Of a stretch of DNA of 64,000 nt, positions 52,530-64,000 are shown piece after piece. Position 1 is the stretch's first letter. Each line of letters begins with the position of its first letter. The translations under genes and the position numbers were made by a program. The notes under the pieces were generated by a model that worked only from the letters and a program-made list of their open reading frames with translations, searched no databases and had not been told where the DNA came from. The DNA is taken from positions 60,016,001-60,080,000 of the forward strand of contig NC_092354.1 of NCBI RefSeq assembly GCF_963676685.1, written 5' to 3'. The stretch comes from Mytilus edulis (lineage: Eukaryota).

Positions 52530-55500
52530 TTTTTTGGATTTGAGCGTCACTGATGAGTCTTTTGTAGACGAAACGCGCGTATGGCGTATATACAAAATTT
52601 AGTCCTGGTATCTATGATGAGTTTATTGTTTAGTTGAAACATATTTTATTAACTCAAAGTAAAATGGATTGGACACAACAAATCATACTTATGAAGTCCG
52701 CTCCGAATGAAAGTAAATTAAAAAACAATATTAATATGAGCATGCAATAAATCAAAATAAACATTTCGAGTCTATCAAATGAAGAAGATCAAACAGTAAT
52801 AACGTCAAATTTGGTAATGATGATGATGATGACGGGAATGTACCGCAAATTTACTTTTTCTACATAGCAAGAAATCTCTCAGACCTTTTGATCAATTTGA
52901 ATACATGTTTAAATATATAGACGTCTTGTTCATACGAGACGTTCGAATTACCAGTTGTTAACATTCACTATAAGATCATCAGGAATCCATCTTAGTCTGT
53001 TCATCATAATTTCTCTTTGGTGTATAAAGAACAGTCGAAAAGGAAATGGTGTACAGTCTAAATGTTGAATTCAGAAAAACAAGATGTTTCAGCAATTATA
53101 TTGACTCTAAACAAGTTATAGTCCACTTATCAAAAGCACATACCATTATTAATATTTTTTATCTGTAATGAGTTAGAAATTGGCAGTTTGTAGGACACCC
53201 AGTCTTAATAGAAGTAATGTAACCAGTGTTATTAAGAAACTTCGAATATTCTTCGCGATGGAAGACTAAAACTATATATATACCAAACTCATAACCCTTG
53301 CTCTTGATCAATCACCCCAACATAATAATTGTAGCTTTAATTATGCACTTAGAAGTTTCATGATTCTCAACGAATTGTTTTAGTTTCCTCAAACATTTTT
53401 GACGTCATATATAGGTACTTACTGAATTTATTTCAGAAAATTGTTTGGTGCATAATGATACATTAATAAACACTGCGACTTTATTTTCTGTTTTGCAAAA
53501 GTGTAAACTATATAAATGACAAATACCAGAACGAAGCATAGTTGGGTATACTTTCCGTCAAAAATGGAACATTAGACACATGCGCAAATTCCCCGATACA
53601 TGGTAATTTGATTAAAACGAGTTGTGTGTTCAATTTTGACAACATATATTGTAAGTTTTTGATGTAGGTTGATATACAAAGACCTCTCAGTAAAGAAGTG
53701 AATGGTATTTTGGAAATGTGTTTTTCAATTCCTGTGAATAACCCGTTTTGATTTTTAAATGCAGGTTGATCCATCAGGTCCTCTCAGTAAACTGAAGAAT
53801 TTCTTTCTGAACGGAGAAATAATCGATAAAGTGAAGGAATTTTTAACAGAGTACTGGTATGTTGCAATAGCAGGAGGTGTTGGACTCATTATACTACTTG
53901 TAAGTATCAACTGCTTTTGTCATACAAGTAAGATATTTAGCTAGCTTTAAAGGTTGGTTTAGTCCCCCATTTTTACATAAGAAAATGCCTGTACCAATTC
54001 AAAAATATGACAGTTGCTATTCATTTTTTTTTATGTGTTTGAGCCTTTGATTTTGCCATTTGCCATTTGCTACGGGACTTTCTTTTTTGAATTTTCCTCG
54101 GAGTTTGGTATTTTTGTTATTATTTTTTGAATGATTTATGGTGATTGAGGCTCTGCTAAATAATGTTGTTGATGACAGCCTTGGTGATGGCAAATATCAT
54201 AAACACAAAATCACGTGCATACTTTTCATTCCAATTGCAAAACAATGATTTGGTTGGTTAACTTAAACAGTCTAGTTGCAAATCAAGATATACTTATTTT
54301 TAATTTCTTGTACACTGTAAAAGTAAAACTGATATTAAAGTAAATGTCTATTGGCTATTATAAGTTTCAGCATTTAACCGTTTTTAATATCATCTACGAA
54401 ACGTCTGAATGAAACAATAGATGATGAATGTATTTTATAATTGATTTATAGGTTATGATGATAAAATGCTGCTCAAAAAGTACAAAGGGCAAAGTACAAC
54501 CAGTACCACGACGTGTGTCTGTGGAACCATCACGTACCCGATATTAACTGTATTCCTTAACTGGTACCATGCTGGCATAGTGAATCTTTAACACAGTGCT
54601 ATATGATTAGACGATTTGCTCAATTGCCATCTAGGAGATTTCTGTGATACAATATGTTTTCTTATTAACATTTACATGTTTGTGTGTACTATAGATGACA
54701 GATAATAACTGATATACATATTATTTAGAAGCTTCTGTATATGTTGAGTTAATTATTTCACATGTAAAATTAGAACATTAATTTTTCCAATTAACTACTT
54801 TTTTTTGCATTTTTGTATATCGTTCTTTTGAAAAACAGTTCACTTTAATATTTAGCGAGACCAGATGTGACGACCGAAAGGTTGCTTCTGGTGGTTTAAC
54901 ATATCAGCTATAGCTCATTTTTTATAATTTAACTTCCTGTGGTCTTCATCCGGAATTGGTTTTGAGAAAGACATGGAATAGACCGTTCCGTTGTAGCAGA
55001 AGGTTTTTTACCCCCCTGTATTTTGGACTTTTAAATTATAGCATCTAAAAAACGTTGGTGTTGTATTTTGTTTGTTTTTTACTTAACATTTAGCACTATG
55101 CAATGTCAAGCTATTTATTGTAATACTTAGGTTATCCATAAAGTATGGTAACATTTATTTTGTGCGAACCTAATTTCGTAGTTTTTAAAATCTATGTTTT
55201 TTTCTTTATTTTTAACTAATAAATAATGCATACAAGGTTAATACTACTTGAAATTTGTTAAATGATTAAACTGTTCTTTGTATTATATGTAGTTTGTTAA
55301 CTTGCAAACTAGGAGATTTATGTATAGCATGAACAGTGTAATAACGAACGTATTGAAATGCAACTGTTAAACAGCTTCATATTGGGAATGTGAGGGATTT
55401 CGGCTAATTACCAATTCATCTCTAAATAACAGTTTAATTTGTCACTGTGACATACCCATGTCTTTGTTAATCTGCCCACCCGTTCGTATGTCCCTCCCAT

Positions 55501-56701
55501 TATGAATATATTCCTGATCACTCCTCCTACAGTTTAAATGTTGGAATGTTTTCACGTTGCTGTCTATTCATCAGGTCATTACAGATGGCATAATTCGGTA
55601 TACATATTGGTTCATTTATAGGGTCCTTGCTTTGAAAATAAACACATTTATTCTAAAAACAGTTATCAGCATAATACGGGCTATGTTGTTCTCATATATT
55701 TTATGATGGTATATTACTCAACCCCTAACGGGAGGGATTGTGCTTGATTTTTATATGATGAAGACATTATCTTTCAATAATTTTATTTGAGGTCTAAAGC
55801 TGGCATGTCAGTAACCGCTTGTTGTCCTTTGATATCACATGCATCAATCTCATTTTGGTTAGTATATTTTGTTACCTATTCTGACCTCGGACTCCAACTT
55901 CCTTTAAACTGAGTTTAACTGTGCGTATTGCTGTGTGTTTCTTTTTTCTACAATGGTTATATATATCGCTAGAGGAAGAGGGGACGGTTGCGATATCACA
56001 TAACATGTTTAACCTTGCTGCATGCTTGCGTCTGTCCTAATTTACGAGCCTCTGGTCTTTATTTCTCTTGTATGTTTTTTTTTTAAATTTTAGCTCATTT
56101 ATATGTTTTGGATTTTTTTCACTTAACTAGAACGAATGCCCAAGGGTGTCACCAGCCCAGTAATAGGGACTTCGGTGTTGACATGAATATCAATTATATG
56201 GTCATTTTTATTAATTTCCTGTTTACAAAATTATGAATAAGGATTTTTTTATCCCAGTCACAAACTACCATAGCCGTTTCGGGCATAACGTTTTGGAATT
56301 TTGGGTCCTCAATATGATCTTCAACTTTGTACTTGTTTGGCTTTATAACCATTTTGATCTGAGCGTCTCTGATGAGTCTGATGCAGACGAAGGGCTCGTA
56401 TGGCGTATTTAATTATAAGCCTGGTAACTATTTGTTTAATAATATTTCTTTATAAAAAAACTTCTGTTAAATCACTTAATGCGTGTATTTATGCTATGAT
56501 CATTATGAGTTTAGGTGGCCGTATCTATTCTTTATCCGGAAAACAAATATTTGAAATGTAAACTATATGTTTTAATTTTGCAGTAAACGTGGTAAAGGTC
56601 TTGCAATATTGGCATCTTTGAAAGTTTTGAAAACTTACATAAAAAGACATATGGTTTTGGTTGTTATCTTTTTATTTTGAAATCTTTTAATGACGATTCT
56701 T

Positions 56702-58801
56702 CTACTTCGAACAAACCACACATTTGAGTAAGGTGTCTTGTACGTAGGGAGGGCATTTGAGCGATCCACAGTACGCCTTGACACCATACAGAAGGTATCC
56801 ATTGTCGTTGCGGGAACCAGCCTCCAATATGTCTGGACTATTATCAACGCATATGAACTGGGACGCACCAGCATGGCCATAGAATCCTGACATTAGGTTT
56901 CCACTATATTCGCTTTTCCAGCCAGAGTAACACTGGTATTTTCCGGGAATCATTAATATTGTTGATGCATGATTTACACGACAGACTGCGCATGGTACAT
57001 CTTTATCTATTAGGTTACTACCAAAATCATTGGTTTCATACTCCATTCCAAACAAAGATCCAAAAACTGTTTCATGACTAACCTGTCCAAGATCAGGATC
57101 ATGTGGAACACACACTGGATTAGCCGCTCGTCCTTGATTACTGTAATGGCCGCCTGCAGCAATACCTGCAAATTCATAATTCGTTTGAATTAATCTTATA
57201 GAATTGCTTCAAACTATTCGTCTTGTTCTTCAGTGCAAAACGGAAATGATACTACGAGACTAAAATATTCATTGTTGTGTCTTTGACACATTCTCCATTT
57301 CCATTTCCATTTTATTAACTAATTATATTTTCCACTTATAAGATTAAGGGGCATTATACATGTAAGTAGTCAAGTTAAACGCAAAAAATATCAATATCGA
57401 AATAAATTTGGATATTCAATTATCAGTCGTATTACATATATTTTCCCCTCTATGGTTACATCTTCATTAATCCTATATACACGTATAACTAGTGAATGGG
57501 AGAAGGACATTTGACCATAGTTCTATAGAACCACTGAATCCTGCAGATGTGAAGTATATATTTAACTGCATGCATATAAGATACAAGATATTTAATTACC
57601 AATCACGGTGCTCAAAATGTGGGCTACGACAACAGATGAATTACAAAAAAGAACAGTGTATGATTATACTGATTTGTATGATTTAAAGTACATTTAAACA
57701 AAAAACATGTTGTCATTCGGAAATTGGTATTGTATTAAATCTTACCCGTGTAAACAATTTCAGTTGAATTTGTTGGGCAGTCTCTTCTTCCCCATCTTAT
57801 GTAAACACTTCCAGATGGATCTTAAATATACAGATACACAAATAAGCAGTCAGTTGGCCTTTTTATCAAGCTTACTAACTTAAAGTATATTTGGAGCAAT
57901 CATTATTGTCGTAAGATTATCTTGATTTTATCATTGTTCTAGACTATAAAAAATACTATCAATTTAAAGAGAATCGACAGAAAATGTATCCAAAAAATGT
58001 TAAAAACAGCATAGATAATGTCAAAAAAGATTTATTTTGTTTTATATGAATTTTTTCTGTTGAATCAGACCTATAGTACCCATAGTTTTCTTAGGTAATT
58101 ACAGGTTCTTGCTAAAATAGAACACAACAATGATGGAAATATTTTCGAATTGATTATATATCAAAAGCAAGGACACAGATAAGTCATTTGTTTTGTCTTG
58201 TATAAGTTCGGTTAGATATATTCATTTACAACGGGCGTTTGAAAAGTTTGTTATTGTGAAACAGAAGAGCGAACTTCCTCAATTAAATACTATTTGTGTT
58301 ACACATGATTGTGTTATCCACAAGCGATATTTCTGTTTTAAAGTGCATCGATTTTTATCATTTGCAAATAAAACAAACTTTAAAAAATAGAATTTTAAAA
58401 ATTTCAAATAACAATGCAAATACAAAATTTTTTAAAAACAACATACGATTCAATAAATATGTAATTATACAAATGTATATTGTAAATGAACACTTACTAT
58501 TTTGAAAAGTTGTTATCACTGATGCCTGACTCTGAATCTGCATATTCTGGTTCTGGATCTTTTTATCCTGGATTTGAATTTGTTGATCCTGACCTATAAC
58601 CTTAGCATTGAGGGTATGAACAGTAGTTTGTAACTGACTCATGGTTGCCTTCATTAACTGAATATCCCTCTGCATCTGATGGTTGTCAGCATAATCTGGG
58701 TCAGTCAGTAGAAGTCGCTTCTCGTTAATTATCTGTGAATCTGTGTTAATACATGTAACAAGCATGCACCATAGAAGTAAACATCTCAGATTCAATGCCA
58801 T
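56702..58801 (-). CDS. Secreted coiled-coil protein with 'short-chain collagen C4'-like C-terminal domain, copy B (intact, ~280 aa)
   Basis: Exons 58801-58498, 57820-57746 and 57165-56702. Signal peptide MALNLRCLLLWCMLVTCINT, KR site, Gln-rich heptads, GSVYIRWGRRDCP and a Cys-rich terminal domain. Confidence 0.9.
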
Positions 58802-58905
58802 ACTGTTGAAATCTCACATATAATGTGTAAATTACAATATACGTGTATATAATCGACTGATAAGAACATACGAAAACGACAAGGTTATAAATATATGCCT
58901 TGTAT
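58802..58905 (-). promoter_or_regulatory. Putative proximal promoter conserved between copies A (37217-37320) and B
   Basis: Shared non-coding block TGTATATA..CTGATAAGAACATACGA..GACAAGGTTA.AAATATATGCCTTG with TATA-like and GATA motifs. Confidence 0.5.
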
Positions 58906-59519
58906 TTCAAAAATCAAAGAAGGAAGAATACAAAACCTACTTTTATGTAAATTGTAAATAGAATTAAAAATATATTAAGAAATAATTTAACTTAAGCTAT
59001 CAAAATATAATGTACATTACACTAAATTTGAACAATAACATATAATCAAACACCACTCCTTTTGTTTTGATTAATACGATCTTCTTCAGCCTATTTGTTT
59101 TCCTTCGCCGTTTGGTTTGTTTCGCAATTGATTTTCCATAAACAAGTAATCTCCGGAAGAATGTTTTACTTGTTATTTTCAATATTTCGCAACCGTGAAA
59201 GAAACATACAAATATTTTCTGCTATTCTCGTTTTATCCTCGGTATGTTTTGATATTATTTGACAGGTATAGCGATATATACATGTACATGTTGATTGCAC
59301 ATGAGAGTTATCTCCCCTTATGTATTTGATATGAGTGAAATATATTTGTAACTGGCACACAATTAGTGATAGAGACACAGTGTACTGTGTTATTTAATTT
59401 CAGGTCCTGGGTCCACGAGAAAGATCAAGGTCGAGGTTATGTTCTTAATTTTGTTTTTATTTGTTATACTAGTAACTTATTTTCAGAAATCGTATATTAT
59501 AAATTTTGTTTCAAAAGGT

Positions 59520-59860
59520 ATTTCGGAGATAACTGTATTGTATTTTAAGCTCCGACGGCATCAATTAAGGATTTCATGGTCACAAATTAAGTTTACTGGC
59601 GACGCGTTAGCGGAGACATTACACGGGTATTTCCGACCATCATATCCCAAATGGATGCCGTCGGAGCTGAAAATACAATATTGTTATCTCCATTCTAATG
59701 AAACTGACAGAAAACAACGTTAAAACATGTATTTAAAACCTGTCATATGCCGTTTGCACTTGCGTTTATGTCCCATAGCATCAATTGTCAATTGATGCCA
59801 TTTTAAAAAGTGACGTTATCCAATCAAAATGAACGTTTCAAACGCTGTTGCATCAGAATG
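59520..59860 (+). mobile_element. Long-palindrome non-autonomous element (possibly Crypton-type)
   Basis: Arms GGAGATAAC..GCTCCGACGGCATC (59525-59562) and GATGCCGTCGGAGC..GTTATCTCC (59654-59691) around GCGTTAGCG; CCAATCAAAA near 59820. Confidence 0.55.
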
Positions 59861-60723
59861 AGTTCTCTTTCCCCTAACATTTAAAACTAGTTTTTTTTTA
59901 TTAAGGTCCTTGTTTTATGACCATAAAATTAGGGTCAAGTTAAAAGTTAAATTTGACCGAAGCGTTAAACTTATATCCTCATAATGTTATGTTTAATTTT
60001 AACCGAAGCGTTAAGAGAACTCCATATGATAGTTTTTCCTCCTCATGTATTTCAAAAAAGTTATATGCATTTGTAAACCATAAGTGATAGAGACCTAATG
60101 TATTTAGGTTTTTCCACCTTTCCGTTTTTTCTGACACGTAATTTTTTCTTGCGGTGTAAAAATGTTTCACAAGATGTCGCTTAGTTTTTTTGTATATGAT
60201 ATCCTACAGTCGATACGCTTTTGACACTCACCCTGTTTAACCAAACATTTTTCTTTTTAAGAGTTATCTCCCCAAACACTGTTTTTCTTGTTATCAGATC
60301 TCCTCCGCAACCGTAAAAGAAACCGACAAATTTACTTTTCCAAATTGCTCGTTATATCCTCAGTTTTATTTTGACTGAAGCTTTACGAAGACCCAATAAG
60401 AGAGTAATTTCCCCTTTTGTATTGAAATAAGTGAAAAATTTGTAACTGGAAAGTGATAGAGGCCTAGGGTCTTTTGATTTGAGGTCCTTGGTCCCAAAAA
60501 AAATAATATGAAAATGAGGTCAAGGTCAAAGGTCAATGTCATGTTCAAATTTTTGATTTTGGCTTGTTATCTGTTATTTTCAGAAATCATACAAGATATC
60601 GACAAAATATTTTCAGACAATTGTTAGTTGCGACATGTCGTTGCACTTAAATTTTACTTAAAAGGGTACGTACCATTTAATGTGAGTTTCCCCCTTTTAT
60701 AACTTATATTAGTTGTATGGTAA

Positions 60724-61560
60724 TGTTCCGGACCATATGGGTATTTGGACCATACGCGTATGGTCATGACCATATGGGTATATACTCATATGGTCCGACC
60801 ATACGCGTATGGTCGGAGTAATTAACATTCTGTTACAGTTTACTATTAATACATTTAAACTCTTTATATGGTATGACCGCTCATTAAAAAGAAGCTATCA
60901 TATATGTAATTTTATTATTATATTATGATAGAAAGATTAGCTAAATAAAAATTAGAAGTTTCACAAATTTTATTTTACTTACATGTCAAAACTATATTAA
61001 ACACATTTTATACATATGGTCATTGCCGATTTGTTATTACCGGTGAAAGGCAATATGTCGACTTAAATAATCAAATTCCAAAAAATTCTTAATGAACTGT
61101 TACACAAGAAGTTACTGGAAAGTAACATAGTATATTTTAAATGTGCACTACAAAGACTCGCAAATGCAAAAAAGGCATGATACCGTTTGGAAGAAAATGT
61201 CACTCCAAGGCTAGTGCATTCAAGAATGTAACTAGCGATGAAAACTAACTATGGCATCAATATTTAATTTTTACGTAATTTTTTAATTATAAAATTAACA
61301 AATTGTCATGTAACCATCATTATTTTTTCAGATAAAGTTTTTGTATTATTGAAACGTTTATAATGTAATTTGAAAAAAATACCTAAACGGTCTAAATACT
61401 TATATGGTCCGGTCCGTTAATAACCAAACGAGTATTACACATCATATGGTCCGACTATACGCGTACGGTCGGACCATACGCGTATGGTCGGACCATATGA
61501 GTATACGCATATGGTCATGACCATACGCGTATGGTCCAAATACTCATATGGTCCGGAACA
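60724..61560. mobile_element. MITE with ~90-bp TIRs built of palindromes, TAA TSD (PIF/Harbinger-like)
   Basis: taa|TGTTCCGGACCATATG ... CATATGGTCCGGAACA|taa, with repeated GACCATACGCGTATGGTC. Confidence 0.85.
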
Positions 61561-62711
61561 TAAATAACATAACTCATTACCAATATAAAGTACAGGCCTA
61601 AGAGTCTTTTGATTTGAGGTCTTTACTTGATGACCTTGAAATTGAGCTCAAGGTCATAGGTAAATTTAACGTTCTAGATTTTGACCTTTGCTTTTTCCTC
61701 TTATATATACATGATAAAGCCATGGGACTTTCGGCAAAAGGTTGCAGGAAATGTGACCTTGAAAAGCCTACCGGAAGTGACCTTTTGTAAACCGGAAGTA
61801 GCCATTTTTTGTACTAATTTAATGTAAAAGTAGATAGAACCATCTATTTTTGTCAAGTAACCTATCAAAACATACAGGAAGTAACATCTTTTAAACCGGA
61901 AGTAAAAAATGATCTCCCTTATCTATATCTTTTTGTATAGAAACCATATATATTTGGAATCAGCGTTCAATAAGCTGTCATGTGACGCTAAAATTGACAT
62001 TTAAAACCTAATTATAATATTTTCATATAAAAAAGATCTTTACTGGTGGAAAGACCATCAATGGTTCTCTGAACAAATTGGTTTTTAATTTTATTTAATG
62101 TCCATTATTCCGTCACAGAAAAATATGGTCCAGGTCAAAGGTTAAGGTCGTGTTCTGAATTTTTATTTTGGCTTGTTATTACTTATTACAGAAGAGTTAT
62201 CAAAGGTACCAGGATTATAATTTAGTACGCCATACGCGCGTTAGACAGAAGTTGTCGATAAAATTTATAGACAGCTCTCTTATAAGCAGGTCTAGACATT
62301 TTGAACTCTGATGACCTGTAAGATTTTCGCTATCTACAACGGTTTTCAGAAATATCGACACTACACCAATGTGACTCCTTTGCGTTCGAACAGTCATGTT
62401 GGTTGACCGATAATATCACCAGATGCATTTCGTAACCTAGATACCATAAAAGTTATCGTGAACATGTTTTGTTTCACCTTTTTGAAATTTGAGATAGTTT
62501 TGTAAATGTTAAGGAACAAACACGGACGATATATGTAAAGTAATGAAAAGAACTCACACTCTCCCGTGTTTTCGGGTGAGTTAAAACCGTATCCGCATGT
62601 AAATATAAAATCATATATTATTTAAAATTCATTTCAAGGAACAGAAAAAAGAAATATGCATTTCTCTGTTTCCTTTTAATTTAGACCTATGAACTTTTAT
62701 AACGAATTCTT

Positions 62712-63644
62712 CTACTTCGAACACACCACACATTTGAACAAGGTGTCTTGTACATAAGGGGGACATTTAAGCGATCCACAGTACGCCTTCACTTCATACA
62801 ACAGATATCCATTACCATCGCGTGAACCAACCTCCAATACGTCTGGACTACTATCAACTCATATGTACTGAGACGCACCAGGATGGCCGTAGTGTCCTGA
62901 CATCAGATTTCCAATGTATTTGATTTTCCATCCAGAGTAGCAATGTGGTTTTCCTGGAATCATCAATACTATCGATACATGACTTAAACGACAGACTGCG
63001 CATGGTACATCCTTGTCTATAAGGTTACTACCAAAATCGTTAGTTTCGTATTCCATTCCATTGAGTGTTCCAAAAGTTGATTCGTGACTAACCTATCCGA
63101 GATCAGGGTCATGTGGAACACACACGGGATTAGTAGGTCGTCCATGATTAGTGTACTGGCCTCCCGCAGCAATACCTGCAAATATTTAGTAGTTTTAAAA
63201 AAGATTTAGAGTAAGAAACAAAATGAAACCCAAATATATAGAATTTACCATTATAAATAGATAAAATAAGCAAAGTGATAGATTATTGGGATTTATTACA
63301 TTTTGGTAAGACACTGGGACAAAGAGAATATTTATGAAGGGAAATTTTTTGTCTGAATTTTCTAATTAGCATAAATAGTATGTAACATTGGGAACAAATG
63401 AAAATGAATGTTTCTTTCCAACAACAACAAAAAAAAAAAAACGAAACCCAAATGGTCGTCTCCAAATTATATACAACAATGTATCGTATTATTTGTGTGA
63501 AGGAACGCACTTTATATTTTATTTGGCGGGTGAGTTCTTTATTTTTAATATCAAGCCTGCCTTGTGAAGACGTGTTAATTGTAGCAAAGAAGAACCATAA
63601 GTCGATCTGGACGAAATTCTATTGTATTCAATCTTACCAGAGTA
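62712..63644 (-). pseudogene. C4-like-domain gene copy C, pseudogene
   Basis: Exon 3 (63175-62712, 464 nt as in A and B) has TAG at 63093-63095 and TGA at 62859-62861. Only the last 7 nt of exon 2 (63638-63644) remain before LINE sequence. Confidence 0.88.
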
Positions 63645-64000
63645 TAATAATATAATACTTTATCCAGAAGCAATACAGCTTATAGAATATACAATTTTAC
63701 AACATTTTTTTTGAATGCATCAGTGAAATATAAATACAATAATTATACACAATATATGTATGGCGGAGAATGAAAATAAATTCATATGATAAATAGTTAA
63801 TACAACTACATATTACGAATTTTTTCAATATTAAACAAAAATTTACCTAAATTATTAAGTTCTTTCACATTGTGAACTAATAACAACTGTATAAGTTTAA
63901 AAGTGGATGAGTATTGCCAATAATATTTCTTAATGTATAGTTGTCTTACATCACTATATCTATTACATTCTAGAATAACATGGTATTCATCTTCTATCAT
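63645..64000 (-). mobile_element. 3' end of a CR1/L2-group LINE inserted in exon 2 of copy C
   Basis: ORF2 C-terminus IEDEYHVILECNRYSDVR...LGKFLF ending at 63806, then a 3' UTR and ATT-rich tail abutting the exon remnant. Confidence 0.8.

Larger units (their letters stand above)
44194..54547 (+). pseudogene. ADAM10-like copy 2: 5'-truncated paralogue with altered zinc motif (pseudogene or pseudo-protease)
   Basis: Exons 44194-44649, 44992-45251, 46021-46149, 47682-47862, 48397-48556, 49496-49603, 50794-50872, 51131-51261, 52021-52129, 53765-53899 and 54452-54547. Exon lengths match copy 1 except a one-codon deletion, and no stop was seen. Carries HEIGHNFRSLHD, GILDLAW and SQNTG. No counterparts of the first exons were found upstream. 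Confidence 0.75.

Noticed and set aside
62859-62861. TGA replacing a conserved Cys as possible selenocysteine
   Set aside because: The same exon also has a TAG, exon 2 is disrupted by a LINE, and no SECIS was recognised.

Overview
AT-rich, intron-rich eukaryotic DNA, probably a bivalve such as Mytilus (inferred from gene and repeat types, not proven). The core of the window is a tandemly duplicated tail-to-tail two-gene cassette: a multi-exon ADAM10/kuzbanian-like metalloprotease on + faces a 3-exon secreted coiled-coil gene with a 'short-chain collagen C4'-type C-terminal domain on -. ADAM copy 1 (~19.3-30.1 kb) has an intact [12 protein letters not shown] zinc site. Copy 2 (44.2-54.5 kb) lacks recognisable 5' exons and has HEIGHNFRSLHD plus other catalytic-domain changes. 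Both copies contain a minor-spliceosome (U12) AT-AC intron. The secreted gene has three copies: A has ATG-TGA at its start, B is intact, and C has two nonsense codons and a LINE inserted in exon 2. The left end holds an apparently intact two-ORF LINE (- strand, ORF2 runs off the window), abutted by a 177-bp satellite with 4-mer higher-order structure. Most of the remaining sequence is nested MITEs, a decayed Academ-like transposon, HINE-like elements, SINE-like repeats and minisatellites. Exon coordinates were read by eye.
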